Shown: positions 36,981-51,600, counted from the first letter of the stretch. The stretch is 64,000 nucleotides of DNA from Zygnema circumcarinatum SAG 698-1b (GCA_037447605.1 CM074807.1:1426001-1490000); one strand, 5' to 3'. Program-made: numbers and translations. Notes: a model not told the origin generated them from the sequence alone.

Positions 36981-37168
36981 GAGCACCCGTACTCCGTGCA
37001 GCAGTTCAAGTCACAGTTATTGTGACACGTGGCAGTGGTCGCGTGAAATGGGTCGTTCGCGTGACGGCGCGACGTGATTGGAAGCAGCGCCCGCCCGCCC
37101 TGGGGGAGGGGAGGAGGCAGTTCAGCCCTGCGCTGCCCTAATTATTGGAAAGCAAGCTGGCGGACGAG

Positions 37169-37352
37169 CAGTGGCGGGCCTACATATAGAACTTGGGGGA
37201 GAGTAGGGCCCCCTCACATTTTGAAAACTCAACGTTTTTTTCCCTTTTTATTTTTGTTATTATTATTTTTATTTTTATTTTATTTCATGTATGTGTATTA
37301 TGCTGAGAGAGAGCTTAGCCCTCTCACAGCAAGAATCCTGGATCCGCCATTG
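37169..37352. mobile_element. Possible degenerate hAT-like MITE (184 bp)
   Basis: Ends CAGTGGCGG...GGATCCGCCATTG (9-bp TIR, 1 mismatch) around a T-rich core. No 8-bp TSD visible. Confidence 0.35.
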
Positions 37353-38041
37353 ATCACGGCAGTCTGCCGGCAGGCTTTGCATTGCACAGTTCTGTCTCAC
37401 TTCACTGTGTCGAGACAAGGGACCAACAGCACTTTTCACAATGGGGTTTTTTTGGGTTTTTAGGTTTTTAGGGTAAGAAAAGAAAAGTAAAGAAATGGTG
37501 AAAGAACACAGTGGTGCTTTTCTGACAGTAATCCAATCCGCGGTTTCCTACTGGATTGGAAAGTATGTCGTTTTGATCACCGATTTGAAAAAGGAGATAA
37601 CACGACAAGAGCAGAGAGATGCAATCAATTCAGATCAGATTTTTCCAAGGACGTCCCAAATTTCATGATTCGAGCTAATTCCCCGGCACTATCGCAGATG
37701 GACATTCAACCTCTCTCGACAATATTTTTCAGAATAGTCAACGCTATGGCGGCATTTGCCTGCTTACCTCTTCCCTCTCACATGCGAGTACCAGGCAATA
37801 ATCCGACCGAACAATAGCACGGGACTGGCGGAGAATTGAGTCGGGGATGTCTGTAGAAGCGTGCGTTGCGATAAAGCAAAACAAAGAAATATCAGTTTCC
37901 TACTCTTATAAAAGAAGAAAAGACTGATATTCTTCCATATAAAGGTTTTTTGGATCTTCGCCCTGCCGAGCTTTCTTGAACTTTTAGAAGGAAGACTTGC
38001 GTTTTACAAACTTGCCACTGCTGCAAATTTACAATGCTCGG

Positions 38042-38152
38042 CCAATGGGCTGTCTCCACGTGGCAGCTTGTTAGCAAGAAACGTGCGTAGAGCCGCCACG
38101 TAGGCAATCAGGCGAGGCGCCGCCGGCGTCACGTCGTGTCACGTCACGTGGT
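38042..38152 (+). promoter_or_regulatory. ERSE-like element plus G-box/ABRE cluster
   Basis: CCAAT-gggctgtct-CCACG-TGGC at 38042-38064, followed by GCCACGTAGG, CACGTCG and CACGTCACGTGG. Confidence 0.45.
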
Positions 38153-38436
38153 GCTGCATCCATGGCGGCCTACGGAGAGGAAGCAGGAAGGGTCTTGCAG
38201 AGCGAGGTCTCTGAGGGGGGATGAGGGGGCTTGTGTCGGCTGCACCTGCACGTCGTCGGGGCGGGCGGGCTGGCGGAGACTCCGAGCTGGAGCGTGAAAG
38301 CCGGTCTGAAATAACGGATGTTGGAACTGTGTCGGCGCGTCATTCGCTAAGGGTGTAGTCCTGCTGCTGCTGGATGATGATGATTTTGAAAGGAGTTTTC
38401 GTCATGCTTGCACCGGACTCTCCATGCGGCATGGAG

Positions 38437-38470
38437 GCAGTTAGAGCAGTTAGAGCAGTTAGAGCAGTTA
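38437..38470. repeat. 9-bp tandem repeat (GCAGTTAGA) x3.8
   Basis: Directly visible. Confidence 0.9.
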
Positions 38471-38635
38471 CTGTAAGGTGTCGTTGGCGGCGGTATGTTG
38501 CGTTGTGGTCAAGTGTTTGATGGAGGAGTAAGACATCTTTCCCCTTGGTTCAGTTTTCAATTCTTATCACAAAGAGGTCTGAGTGACCTTCAAAGCATTG
38601 GTGATTTTGATTGCTTTTACATATTTGGAGAAATG

Positions 38636-38700
38636 GGAAGTGGCATTGATCTCACGATGGCGATGATGCCATCCACCGTCCATGGACAAAATCATCATGG
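38636..38700 (-). repeat. Dispersed intergenic repeat copy
   Basis: 38636-38661 is the exact 26-bp reverse complement of 63104-63129. Confidence 0.75.
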
Positions 38701-39353
38701 GAAACCACGAGGAACTGGTCGCAATTTTTGCGATCAATGATCCTCGCCGATGAGGTCGATCGGCGCGACCTCGACAGGCGGTAAAAACCACCGCGGTGAG
38801 CCAACGTATCAGCAGCAACCACGTGGCGACGCTCGATTAGTGAACTGGACGCGTTCTCTGAAACGCTCCTCCGTTCCACTGTCTGGTCTCTGATCCATGT
38901 CTGGTTGTCATAGAACCCGTTTAATTACAGTTCCAGTTCCCGTTCCAGTTTTAGTCCCAGTTCACAAAGATTTTGGTTTTCAAACTAGCAATGATGGTCA
39001 CGAGCCCGTTCTGAAATTACATTACCCGTGGCAATGACCATCTGGCCATTTGACCATGACCAAGACCCGCTGACCTCCGCCCTGAGGCGGCAGGATTTTA
39101 GGGCTGGGAGTGCGCCAGCCTCCTCCTGGAGCCGGGGGGCGTGGCTGAGGTCAGGGCAGGCGGGTGATTAAGGGGGGGGTCCGCCATGCGGCTGCTCTGA
39201 GCGCTGGCCATGGAGGAAGGCGTTCTGAGCCTTGAAGAACACAGCAAATGTGAGATGTGTGTGCCGCCTCCATCGTTCCCGCGGGTTTGCTGGAGTTGCT
39301 TGGTTCGTCAGGTCGTTTGAACGGGCAAGGGGGAATTCTCTGACGAGGGCTCG

Positions 39354-42300
39354 ATGATGGCAATGGCGCAGTTTTTGACCATCTTGTGGAGCTCATCCCG
39401 CCTAAGATTTACCTCGCGCAGGGACAGCGTACGCCCGTATCGGTGAGGTCTGGCCCTCTAGTTTGAGGCGTCCAGTACGATATGATAAAGGGAGGCCTGG
39501 GCGCTACTCATGGCGTGCTCTTTTCACAGTTAGTTCTATATGCAGCTGAAACTTAAATAAGAAGTTTTGATTTTCTCACCGAGAGACCTTGTTCGGGTTG
39601 TGTTCTTGAGGTGCCGATGTGCGGCTTGAAAGGTTTTTCTTTTCATCACTTTACACGATCATTACAAATTTTAGTGCGGAAAGTGGCCTCTTTAGTTGAC
39701 AGGCGATAGCAGTGCTCAGCAGGAGCTGCTGGCCAAAATTTGCAGAAATGATTGCGTACTATCGGCAATAAGCCTGCAGGGAATTCTTGTAATGTTCTCA
39801 TGGACTTCGTTTTTCAAGTTCTCTATTCTGCTGTTACGCTGCGGTTTTCCATCAATGTTGAATTTGGCTTACGTTCGACAAGCTTAATCCGAATTGCAGA
39901 AGTACCTTCACGGTAGCACCGCCAAAGCAAAGGCCAAGTTAGAGGCAAAGGAGCACTTGAAGAAAGCTCGTCATGCAAAGGTGCAGCGCTTTTATCTCTT
40001 TTTTAATTTGAGCTTCAGAGTTGCATTAATAGACATTAGGGCGTGAACAGGAGGCCTCGTAGACGCCTTATAGGCCTATTGACGATTTTTTTTCGATTCA
40101 AGGAATTTTTGAAGCAGCCGCCTTGTTACGCCAAATGCCGGACTGGGGTGGCATCTTTTGTAAATCCCTACTTTCGCCGGTATATCTTTCTATATAGTGT
40201 TGCATCGAGGATTCGTCATGTGGGTTTTGGAGGCAGTCAGTGACTCGTCATGTTGCTGTGTGGAGCAGTTAGACCCTGCGTCTTTCAAGACGACCCTTGA
40301 TTTCCAGAAGGAGGAGCAACAGAAGGAAGCTACCAAGTCCGAAAGTCATTCGAAGCTCCCTTCTGAAGGTGAGAGGGCCTTTTTTGTGAGCACATGTGCA
40401 AGCTGTCCACTCAGCACAACTTGATGTAGTTGACGGTTGCACATCATTTGCGAGGGTAGCTATTTCTCTCCCATGGTTGTTGCATGCAGCAGGCATGTAT
40501 ACGCATGACATATTTGGAGGCTTATTGTCTGTTTTATTTCCTGACCTACAGAGCGAGCTGCTACATATGAGCAGCTTCGGGAGAGGCTGCAACAGAGGCT
40601 TCAGTCTTTGAGGGCAAAGCGCAAGGCGGATGTTTCCGCAGCTGCTGCGAGCGAAGCTCGGGACTGGCAGCTGAAGAAACGTGCGCGGCCTTCAAACAAT
40701 TCGAATGGAAAAGTGTCTGGCCCTTCGGCGAATGGAGCCAAGGCAGTGGAAGGCAGGAAAAGTGCAACAGCTGCGGCAAATTCGGTGACAGAGAGCAAAG
40801 TTGAAGTATGTCAGTATATCCAAAGTAGCTGGCGTTTCACAGACACCACATTTAAGTATAATCATACGCCTTTGGTGCTTTCAAATTGGCTCAAACATCT
40901 TTTTTTTTACCATCCCCTCGATGGAGGACCTGAAGATATGCTTACAGGATTCCATTGATTGCTTTGCTGTCCACAGCTGAAAGAGGATTTGCAATATGGA
41001 CGTCTGTCAACTGGAGGATCAAAAAAGAATAAAACTCGCAAACGGCCGCGAACTGAGAGGCTCTTAGCTGAGGTTAGCTTCTGTCAGCTCGACCTTATGT
41101 GTAGATGGTTTCATGGAGTTGTGGGCATTCTCTCTCCAATTTCCTCGGCTTGCGGCAGACAACTGCTCATTCTGCCATGTAGATTCTTGCTAAGTGTATT
41201 TACAGTCTTTCTGTGAAATGGCTGGGCGATGTAGTATTTCCATCCGAAGATTTTGTTGAGCTGCAGTGGCATATCTTCTGCAGTACATTTTCTGAGTTTT
41301 GTGATAAGTAAGTCTGTCCTAATCTGCTGGCAATAGAAGGAAAACATATAAGTTTATTGAGCTTGCAGTTGATACGAGCCTTGTCCTCTGCTAGTATTTC
41401 TGAAGGGAAAGCAGCTTTCTTTCTAATGACGCTTAAGGAGAGAAACATGGGCACATTGTGCTTCAATTTCAATGATTATCTAATCAGGACACGTTGTTTT
41501 ACAGGCTGCAGCGCTGCAGGAGAAGCTAAAAGCGGCTGAACAAGCGGGAGATAAAAAGGTCTCTTCTATATCCTTGCCCCTCTTTGGCCGTTCATTATAG
41601 ATTGGCTATATGACAGTTACGTTTTTTGTTTGGAATGAGTGACCAAGTTGTCACTGTATTCATGGATGACTCCTGCTTCCCATCCGTCAGCTATGGCTGT
41701 GGAAAAGAAGGGTATGTTTCAGAATGAAGGGTAGAAATGAAGCCGCCTTCTTTTCAGAGTGGATAATTGGGGGTGCAGAAAGTAGCGGCTCATACGTGGA
41801 GTTCGGCAGCAGAGCGAGCAGCTGGAGTGAAGGTAAGGAGGGGTTTTAAAGGCAATTGAACGTTTCTAACCTGTTTTACATGTTGACTATGTCAGAAGTT
41901 GGTGGTTACGGCATGGATTCACGTGAATGATCTCTGCTATTTGGCAGGTGCTCGATGATCCGCGACGGCTCAAGAAAACATTGCAGAGGCAACAAAAATC
42001 TCGTGAAAAGAGTGCTGCGCAATGGTGAGTTGTATTCTTGCATAAGGCGATCTTCTGCAACAGAAAGATGGGTGATGGTTTTTGCCTGTCTCTGCGAGAT
42101 CAAGAACATAGAAACGAGCTTTTCTTTGGTCCAAGTTTCAAAGGTCTTGGTTGTTCCATGGAGTAAGTGGTATGTGCAGCAGTTTCTGTAGCCCATGTTA
42201 CCTCACATCATGCTGAAGGGGAGCTGATGGCTCGTGTGTTGTGATGAGCGCAGGGATGAGCGCAAGAAGCGAGAAAAGACCTCCATAGCGGTGAAGCAGC

Positions 42301-42589
42301 AGAAGAGGAAGGATCACCTGCGTGAGAGAGTAGAGGGGGCGACAAAAGCTCGAATTGCGAAGGTCAGTTCTCTCCCCCATATCTGTTGCATGTGGGTGCG
42401 GTTTGTGCTTCAGTCCCTCTATACTGTGCAATCTGTATGTGTTTCAAATTCACGGTAGGCTCTTTATGGTTTTTAAACGATTGTTCTGCCGCTTGCACGT
42501 GGTGGGTGTGCTTGCAGAGAGAGAAGAAGTTGCTCAGGCCAGGCTTTGAGGGGCGGGCCAAGGATGTTATCAACAAACAAGAAGAATGA
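39354..42589 (+). CDS. SURF6/RRP14 nucleolar ribosome-biogenesis protein; 5' end ambiguous
   Basis: RRP14 N-domain FDHLVELIPPKIYL|KYLHGSTAKAK...KARHAK|LDPAS. SURF6 C-domain HTWSSAAERAAGVK|VLDDPRRLKK...W, RKDHLRER, ending REKKLLRPGFEGR...EE*. Confidence 0.82.
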
Positions 42590-43185
42590 CATGTCTTTTT
42601 GTCTGCAAATGCTGAAGTGAAAATTTCTGTCACGTTGGCATGAAAAGTTTTGTTTGCTGTGAGGATGTGGTACTCCTTTGTGGACGCTGTTCAGAACGAT
42701 AATGAACATGCATACCAGTCTTTTCGCAAAAGAATCTGACCCCGTTCAACCACGGTAATGCCACTTTTAGCCCCTCAAAAGTCCAAAAAAAGGAGACATT
42801 GTCAAATATACCGTCCTCCTGCTTGCCTCCCCTCAGGCATGCTGAGGCCCTCCTAGAGGGGTGATGTTACTCCAGCTTCTGCTTCGAACGGCAGGCACTG
42901 GGAGAACACTCTCCCCGACGTGTAAGGATTAACGCACATAAATCAAGACCATAATCAATATTTTAACCTTTTTTTTTTCTTTTTAAAACACAATCAGGAC
43001 ATGTAGCATTGGCAGGTCGCAAATGGAAATTAGAATCGACTCAGACTCATTCAACAAGTGGTGTTGGCTCTCCAGTCGCAAAAAGAGCAGGGAGTCGCAG
43101 CTGAAAAGGGTTGCACCAGAAGTGACTAGACAGCAGAGCCAGCATGTTCTCCTCAGCCACATGCCGCCCAGCCCTGCCCCGGCCC

Positions 43186-45091
<1,906 letters not shown>

Positions 45092-45726
45092 GGCTGCTGC
45101 AGCGGCAGGCGAGCGCTGTCCTCCGCCAGCGAGCGAGCGAGAGGGAGAGAGCGCGAGAGAGGGAGATCGCGGGCGCCTCCGCAATTCATAAACCCTCCAA
45201 GGCCAGGAACGGGCAGAAACCACCAATTTTTTTCAAATCCGGGCAGATGAGACGTCCTTTAAAAATAAAATTAAAAACAACTCGGGCAGAGGAAAACCTA
45301 TTGTACTTTGAAACACCGTTGAATTGGTGACCAGGAATGTAATGTGTACGGGTATTAGGGCGGAGTATCGAAATTTTACCTTGTCACGGGTAGCGTGTAA
45401 GAACCCTTTCGTCCAGTAAAAATGTTTCTTTCTGCCCGTAGTTTGGGAGCGGCCCCGGGGGGGCTTTAGGGCGGCCCACGCGCTTTGGAAGGCCTCTTTT
45501 CCGCGGCCTCTCCTTCAACCTCTGCCCGCGGTGAGGGCGGCGAAGCCATGGCGGCCCCTTCTTGCCTAGGGACATGGCTGCCATTAGGAATGCCTTGCAT
45601 GGAGGAGGGAGGAGAGCTTGCCGTGCTGCCACGCGGCAGCACCTGGTGCTCTCAGTTTGGAGTTTTTTGACTGAAAGAAGGGGAGGGGAGGGAGAGGGAT
45701 GGTTGGCAGTGCAGAGGTAAGCGAAG
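45092..45726. promoter_or_regulatory. Shared bidirectional promoter/UTR region of RPS16 and RPL13
   Basis: Divergent ATGs 635 bp apart. GC-rich core with GGCCC and TTAGGGC motifs; CT-rich leader on the RPS16 side. Confidence 0.6.
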
Positions 45727-48324
45727 ATGGTGAGGCACAACAATCAGATTCCTGGCAATCATTTCAGGAAGGACTGGCAGTCCTATGTGAAGACATGGTT
45801 CAACCAGCCTGCAAGGAAGAAGCGCAGACGTCTTGGTGAGTTGTTTTATAGTCGATATGTGAAGCTATAATGCATTCGAAATGTTTTGGGGATTGAAAAG
45901 AGCTTGCAGAGTCTCTAGATGTGTATTAGGTTAGGGATTAGGTTGAGCTTTATAGCCGAGCTAGGGCAGGCCTTGACGCATTCAGTCTTCATTGTGATAT
46001 CCAGCGCGTGAGAAGAAGGCGGTTCGCGTATTTCCTCGCCCGACTGCCGGACCTCTTCGCCCAATTGTCCATTCCCAGACTTTGAAATACAACATGAAAA
46101 TTCGCGCTGGAAGGGGCTTCACCCTCGAGGAGTTGAAGGTACGCTCGTCTGTACTACTCTAAGAAAAGGTGTCATCCCACACAGGTAATTGAAAAGGATA
46201 TGCGGACTCGTTTGCAGCTCGTTTGCAATTTCCTGTAATCCAAGGTTTGGTAATGTACAAGATAGGAATTCTTGAGTGCGATGTCCTTTGATTGTGAAGC
46301 TCGTTTGGGCTTTAGGCTTGGCCGTCTTCAATAAGGCCGTCTGACCGGAAAGATGTTTGACCATTCTGGAATGGTTCCTTCGAAAAAATCTTGCTGTCAC
46401 ATGAGGCTCTTAATTCACTTTCCTTTAGGGGATGCGACGTTTTTGGCACTAGCCTCTGGCACACTCTCAGCAAAACAGGAGTTTTTTCCTTGGTAGTCTT
46501 TCTGTTACCTTTGGAAGAGCAGACGTTCTTGATACAGATTACACCTCCCGCTAATGACTCTCGCAGGAGGCGGGCATTCCCAAGAAGCTTGCCCGTACAG
46601 TTGGCATTGCTGTCGACCACAGGAGATCGAACAAGTGCTTGGAGAGTCTTCAGACCAACGCTGCACGTCTGAAGGCCTACAAGGCGAAGCTCATTGTGTT
46701 CCCCAGGAGGTCGAAGAAGCCAAAGGTATGTTTCCTGTTGGAGTGTCACAGGAGGTAGAAATTGCAGTTTCAAACGTGGAGTTCTGACTTTCGCATGGCA
46801 TGGAGCAAAGAAATAAACTGCATGGACAAATTCTCCGGTGTACGTTCACTGTGGCCATTCTATAATGATCTTGTAGCCAGTTATCATAGACTGTGAGAGA
46901 GCTGCTTCGTTCACTGATTTCTACCGACCTCTGCATGCAATAGCCTGATGGGAAAGGAAAGTTCAGGTCTCCAGCAAGTCTCTCACCATAACCAGCATGT
47001 GGGCGCTTCACTGATGCCTTATTTTCGCTGAAGTACTTTTTGTACAGACTCGATAGGCTATAAGACTGATGGGCGTGGATGCGTAGATTCATAATATTTT
47101 GAGTTGAAAGATGGATTTATCACATGAAAACTGGGCACTAATAGCCGGAATAATGAACTGTTAGCCGCAAGTATCCGAGGGGTGTGGGATGTGGTGTTCT
47201 GGTTATCATCTGCCACATAGTACTTGAAGGCGACGTGTTTGTCAATCAGGTTAACGCTTTATGAGAACTCCTGTTCAATCCAGTGCCAGTGCAATCCACA
47301 AAAACGAGCTCATTATGGTCGTAATCAGTCAAGATTAGACAATTACTATAGTTAATGCAAAGATTCGACGGCTTGGTAGTGACCGATTGTTGAACGAAGT
47401 CTAAGCAAGTAACACAGGTTCATTAGGGTTTCCAGCAACCTTTATGCAGGGAAAGATTGAAACAAAGGTGAGATGGAAGTGTGTTTTCGTCGTGTTTTTA
47501 AGGCAAGACTGAAGTAGCAGCTCTGACTAGGAGAAGTGAGCGCTGAATTCCAAAGTAAGCAGTTTGACTTCGTCACGATTGAGGGTTTGCCTGCTGAGGC
47601 TGAGTTGAGTTGTTGAGTTTGCCTTGCCTGGAAGTGAAATAAGTTTGAGGCCCAGCAGAGCTGCTGATGGTAGAGATAATGTCTGTCCTGTTGAGCACGC
47701 ACATTACTCAAGGCTGAGGCATCTGACCTGTACAAATTCTCTTGGTCATTTAAAAGGTGGCTTACTTTATGTTCTAGCACATACTAATGCTGGTTTTGGC
47801 GTACATGAACGTATCCCATGGCTACTCAGCTAGGAAGTTGCGTGTACGCACACTGAACTAGAACCAGCATCCTGGTTCAGCAGGCACTTTGAGCTTTAGC
47901 GAACAACTTAGAAATGATAGCTCAGCATGTTTACTTTCTGAATCGTGGTTACTATAATAGGAAGAGGATTTGCTGAATTACTGTGCCTCATAGCAGTGGT
48001 CTGGATCGTCGCTGGGGTCGAATTGGTCGATATTTTAAGTGGGGAGTGATCAGAGGCAGATTTGTGCTGATTCTGAATTTGTGAATTGTTCTGTAGGCTG
48101 GCGATGCCACCGCGGAGGAGCTGGCCAACGCCACACAATTGTCTGGACCTGTGCTTCCTATTACTATTGAGAAGCCTGCGGTAGAAATTGTGGAGATCAC
48201 TGATGAGATGAAGGAGGTGAAGGCTTATCAGAAGCTGCGGTTGGAGCGCATGAATGCACGTCTTCTTGGAATCAGGAAGAAGCGGGCGGCTGACGCAGAA
48301 AAGGCGGAGGAGAAGAAGCCATAA
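45727..48324 (+). CDS. RPL13: 60S ribosomal protein L13 (eL13)
   Basis: [91 protein letters not shown], ending [33 protein letters not shown]. Confidence 0.97.
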
Positions 48325-48867
48325 GGGCAGGGAAGGCAGCGTGAAAGTGCAGGTAGTGGACAAGGAGCTGAAGATCCAGGAAGGCACATGGCGGTCCATG
48401 TCTTTTTGTGCTACTTGGGACAAAGCTGAAATGAAGAGAGAGCCATTCGATCGCACGTGCAGCTGCATCGTCATGAAAACGAGGGATGAACTGTCTTGGA
48501 ATGAGCTTCTATCTGCAGCTCTCGCAACCCTGCTGTAGTGTGAGGGTGAACAATGTTTCTTATGGGTGATGGTTCTGGTCATGAATGGTGTGTTTGTATG
48601 TCCAGAGGGTACATGAGAGTCAAGGGTCAGCGCTAACATCACATGATAGTTTAAAACTCGCGGTTTTAATTTAAATTTAAAAAATAAAAATGATTTTACG
48701 GCCATCCGTAGGGTGTTGCTCAAAATCTAAAACGAAATATCAACAAAAGTACAACGGGCGTTGTGTACCGTGGCGGCGCGTTCCTTTACTTGAGATGATG
48801 TATATTCCCAAGAGACACCATATCTAGTACTTGTTCCATGTCATGACGTCATAATCCGGTTGTCCTG

Positions 48868-48921
48868 CACTTCACCCCCAACACTCGCCTCTTCACTTCA
48901 CCCCCAACACTCGCCTCTTCA
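48868..48921. repeat. Perfect 26-bp tandem duplication (CACTTCACCCCCAACACTCGCCTCTT x2)
   Basis: Directly visible, upstream of PSRP5. Confidence 0.9.
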
Positions 48922-49044
48922 GGTTCAACAACATGCGCTAACTCTTGTGAACTACCCAAAAGCCTTCGTGTTTGCTGCCGACCCGTTCAAAGGGAAAGCT
49001 CAACAAGGAATGAACAGGGAATGACCATGATGCCACGGAGTGAC

Positions 49045-49080
49045 CCATGCCATGCTATGCCATGCCATGCCATGCCATGC
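49045..49080. repeat. (CATGC)n pentamer array upstream of PSRP5
   Basis: ccatgccatgctatgccatgccatgccatgccatgc. Confidence 0.9.
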
Positions 49081-49145
49081 GGCCGAGGTCTATCCGTTGG
49101 CACTTTGGCGGCGCTTTTTGGCGGAGGAGCACGCCACGTCCCTCC

Positions 49146-49842
49146 ATGGCTGCCGCGGCTTCTCTCGCATCCGCCATGGCGTCCCTCTCGCTTCCTGCGA
49201 CCTGCATCAGCGTAGCTCTCCAGGGAGCACGTGGCGCTGTGGATCTCGCAGTAAGAGGGCCGTTTTTCAGGGAGTCCCGGCGACAGGGTGCGTGACCTAA
49301 TTTCTTTACTACCCCTCTGCCGGTCGTTCGACTGCATGCCAGCGACTTCTGGTCTTGCTGCCCAGGAATTTGTTTTTCGATGACTTGGAGCGGCGCATGC
49401 CCCTTTTCTTGTTAGCGTTCGGCGAAGTACGACTCGTTAATTTTGTTGCAGCAAGGTACAACTCGTAGGCGTGAAATTCTTGCTCCTCCTTTTGACTGTT
49501 TAATTTCGCTTTCTTCGCTGTCATGCAGGAATCAGCACACTGAGGCATGCAGTAAACGGACGTTCTGCGGAGGTGTGCGGGTTGCTTACGTATTCAGGGT
49601 TGTTGAGTAGCAGCAAGAGAAGCATTACTGCGCAGGCAGCCGCAGATAGCACAGAAAGCTCTGCGGAGCCAGAGAATGCCGCGGAGAGCGCTGAGAAGCT
49701 TGCCATTCAGTTTCAGTCAGACGCAAACTGGAAGCTTGCGAAGAAGCAACTCGCTCGTCGGAAAAGATTGCTGAAGAAGCGCCAGTTGCGGAAGAAGGGG
49801 CAATGGCCTCCTTCGAAGATGAAGAAGTTGGAGAAAGTTTAA
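49146..49842 (+). CDS. PSRP5: Plastid-specific ribosomal protein 5 (cL37)
   Basis: Ala/Ser-rich transit peptide with a phase-1 donor at 49288. Basic C-terminus RRKRLLKKRQLRKKGQWPPSKMKKLEKV* is characteristic of PSRP5. The exon-2 acceptor is ambiguous (49529 or 49599). Confidence 0.88.
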
Positions 49843-50700
49843 GCGCAATTGGGCAGTTCACACTCGGGAAAGCATTAGCCGTCAGGTAGCTCAGGAGGCT
49901 CGAAACAGAGCAGTGTCCTGCTGAAAGCTTTGCGACAAGGCTTTGGGGCGAACATGAGTGCTGACTGGGGATGCCTCGGCTGGAAAGTGGTGTGTTTGCT
50001 GCCAGGTTTTCAAGGACTGTAGTGACAGTGATACCCTCTCTCACGTAGCAGACGACTATTCGTCGATTTGGGTTCCTCATAGTTGGCTGAGAGCAGCACA
50101 TTGACTTCCTCCAGGTAGAATATCTTTTTGTGTAGTGTTCCATAACCAAGATAGGAGAGGATACGAATTTTTTTATCTGTAATCGAATGACTCTTTGGAA
50201 TTGCCGGAAACAATGGACATGTTTCGCGCCACTCTGCACAATTTCGTGCGCTTGGATTGTTCAGACATCTTCTTTCCATACTTGGTGACACGGAGTACGA
50301 TAGGTTAATACCATGATGGATGTTTTTGAAGTTCATTAGCCATGTGCTTTCACTGAACGTGTTCCTTTCTGTCGGGCGTTCAGGAGGGTCAGACCGTCTC
50401 TTCTTGATCAACTAAACTTATGGGTATCTCACATTCTGCAGGAAACTGCTTTCCTGAAGTCGTTATCCAAGGGAAGTGCTACCGACCTGCCAAAGGCGAC
50501 TGTTGGCAAACTAATATTTGCCGACAGTTTGTCCGCTGACCATTGGCCACCAATGGTTTGTACTGTCCAGTGGTTTGACCGACCTGTAATGATGACATTT
50601 CAAAATTTCATTCGCTGCGCTGTTTTGGAGTCATAGATAGATTTTGCAAACAAGCGAGTGGTGCTAATTAGTAGTCCTCATATAGTTCACTAATGCCACA

Positions 50701-50889
50701 TGGCGCTTCTTCAGCAAACTTTTACGACGGGCGAGTCTCTTCTTTGCAAGCCTCCAGTCTGCGCCTGACTGAAAAGTGAATGTCGGCAAGCTTCTCAGCG
50801 TCCTCCGCGGCATCCTCTGGTTTCGTAGAGCTTCCTATGCTCTCTGCGGTTGCCCGCATAGCAATGCTTCTCTTGCTGCTACCCAACAA
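50701..50889 (-). pseudogene. Inverted, frameshifted, truncated copy of the PSRP5 last exon
   Basis: The reverse complement aligns to 49600-49784 (roughly 80-85% by eye), with an extra T (CACTTTTCAG) and no KKGQWPPSKMK tail. Confidence 0.85.
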
Positions 50890-51600
50890 TAAACTCAACT
50901 CAACAGTTCCACTTGAACCCGTTGCCGCTCGTATGCATTGATCCTCGTATTCCTTTCATCTCTACTTTTTTATTCTTGTCGACGCAGTCGCCAATTTGCA
51001 AACATTTGGGCTGCTAATTCTAGGTGAATTCTGATTTGGCAAGTAGGGAAGCGGCCGAGTGTTCGTGTGGGAGGTAGACCATATTTTTTATGGCTCGCTT
51101 ACGCAGCAGGATCGTACATATACGGTAGTAGTGATAGCTCTGTGAGCAGCAGGAGCAGATGGCAGACTCTATAGGCACCACCCTATGAAAGCGGCACTCG
51201 TGAGACATTCGCGCGTCCGACTTAGCGACTCGAGATATTCTCTTAAGCTTTCCATCTCCTGCATACCAACTGCTTAGGGTGGGAACAACACAAAATGGTC
51301 TCTGGTCATTGTAGCACACTTCAGAAGACACGCGCCTTACACCTCTTTCAAGCTTCAGGCATTAAAGTCGCTCACGATGCGCATCTGCTTTGACTATGCT
51401 TCTTTCTTTCATTTCAAAGGTGTCAAATTCCATCGGTTTCATTTCCGAATACATCCCTCTCTGCTACTCCGAACATTTGTTGAGTACAAACATCACGTAA
51501 AAAAGGGCTACTTCAAGATCGCAGTGTTCACACCCAACAAGCCATCGCTCTGAACTGCCTCCCACCAATACTTAAAGTTCCCCTTCGCCAGGGCTCACTC

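Noticed and set aside
35431-37141. Many long overlapping ORFs, e.g. 35462-36112
   Set aside because: A by-product of GC-rich promoter DNA lacking stops; low-complexity Arg/Pro/Ala translations.
49573-49598. Apparent 26-nt GT-AG intron in PSRP5
   Set aside because: Too short for splicing; the frame is open through it, so it is either exonic or part of a longer intron.
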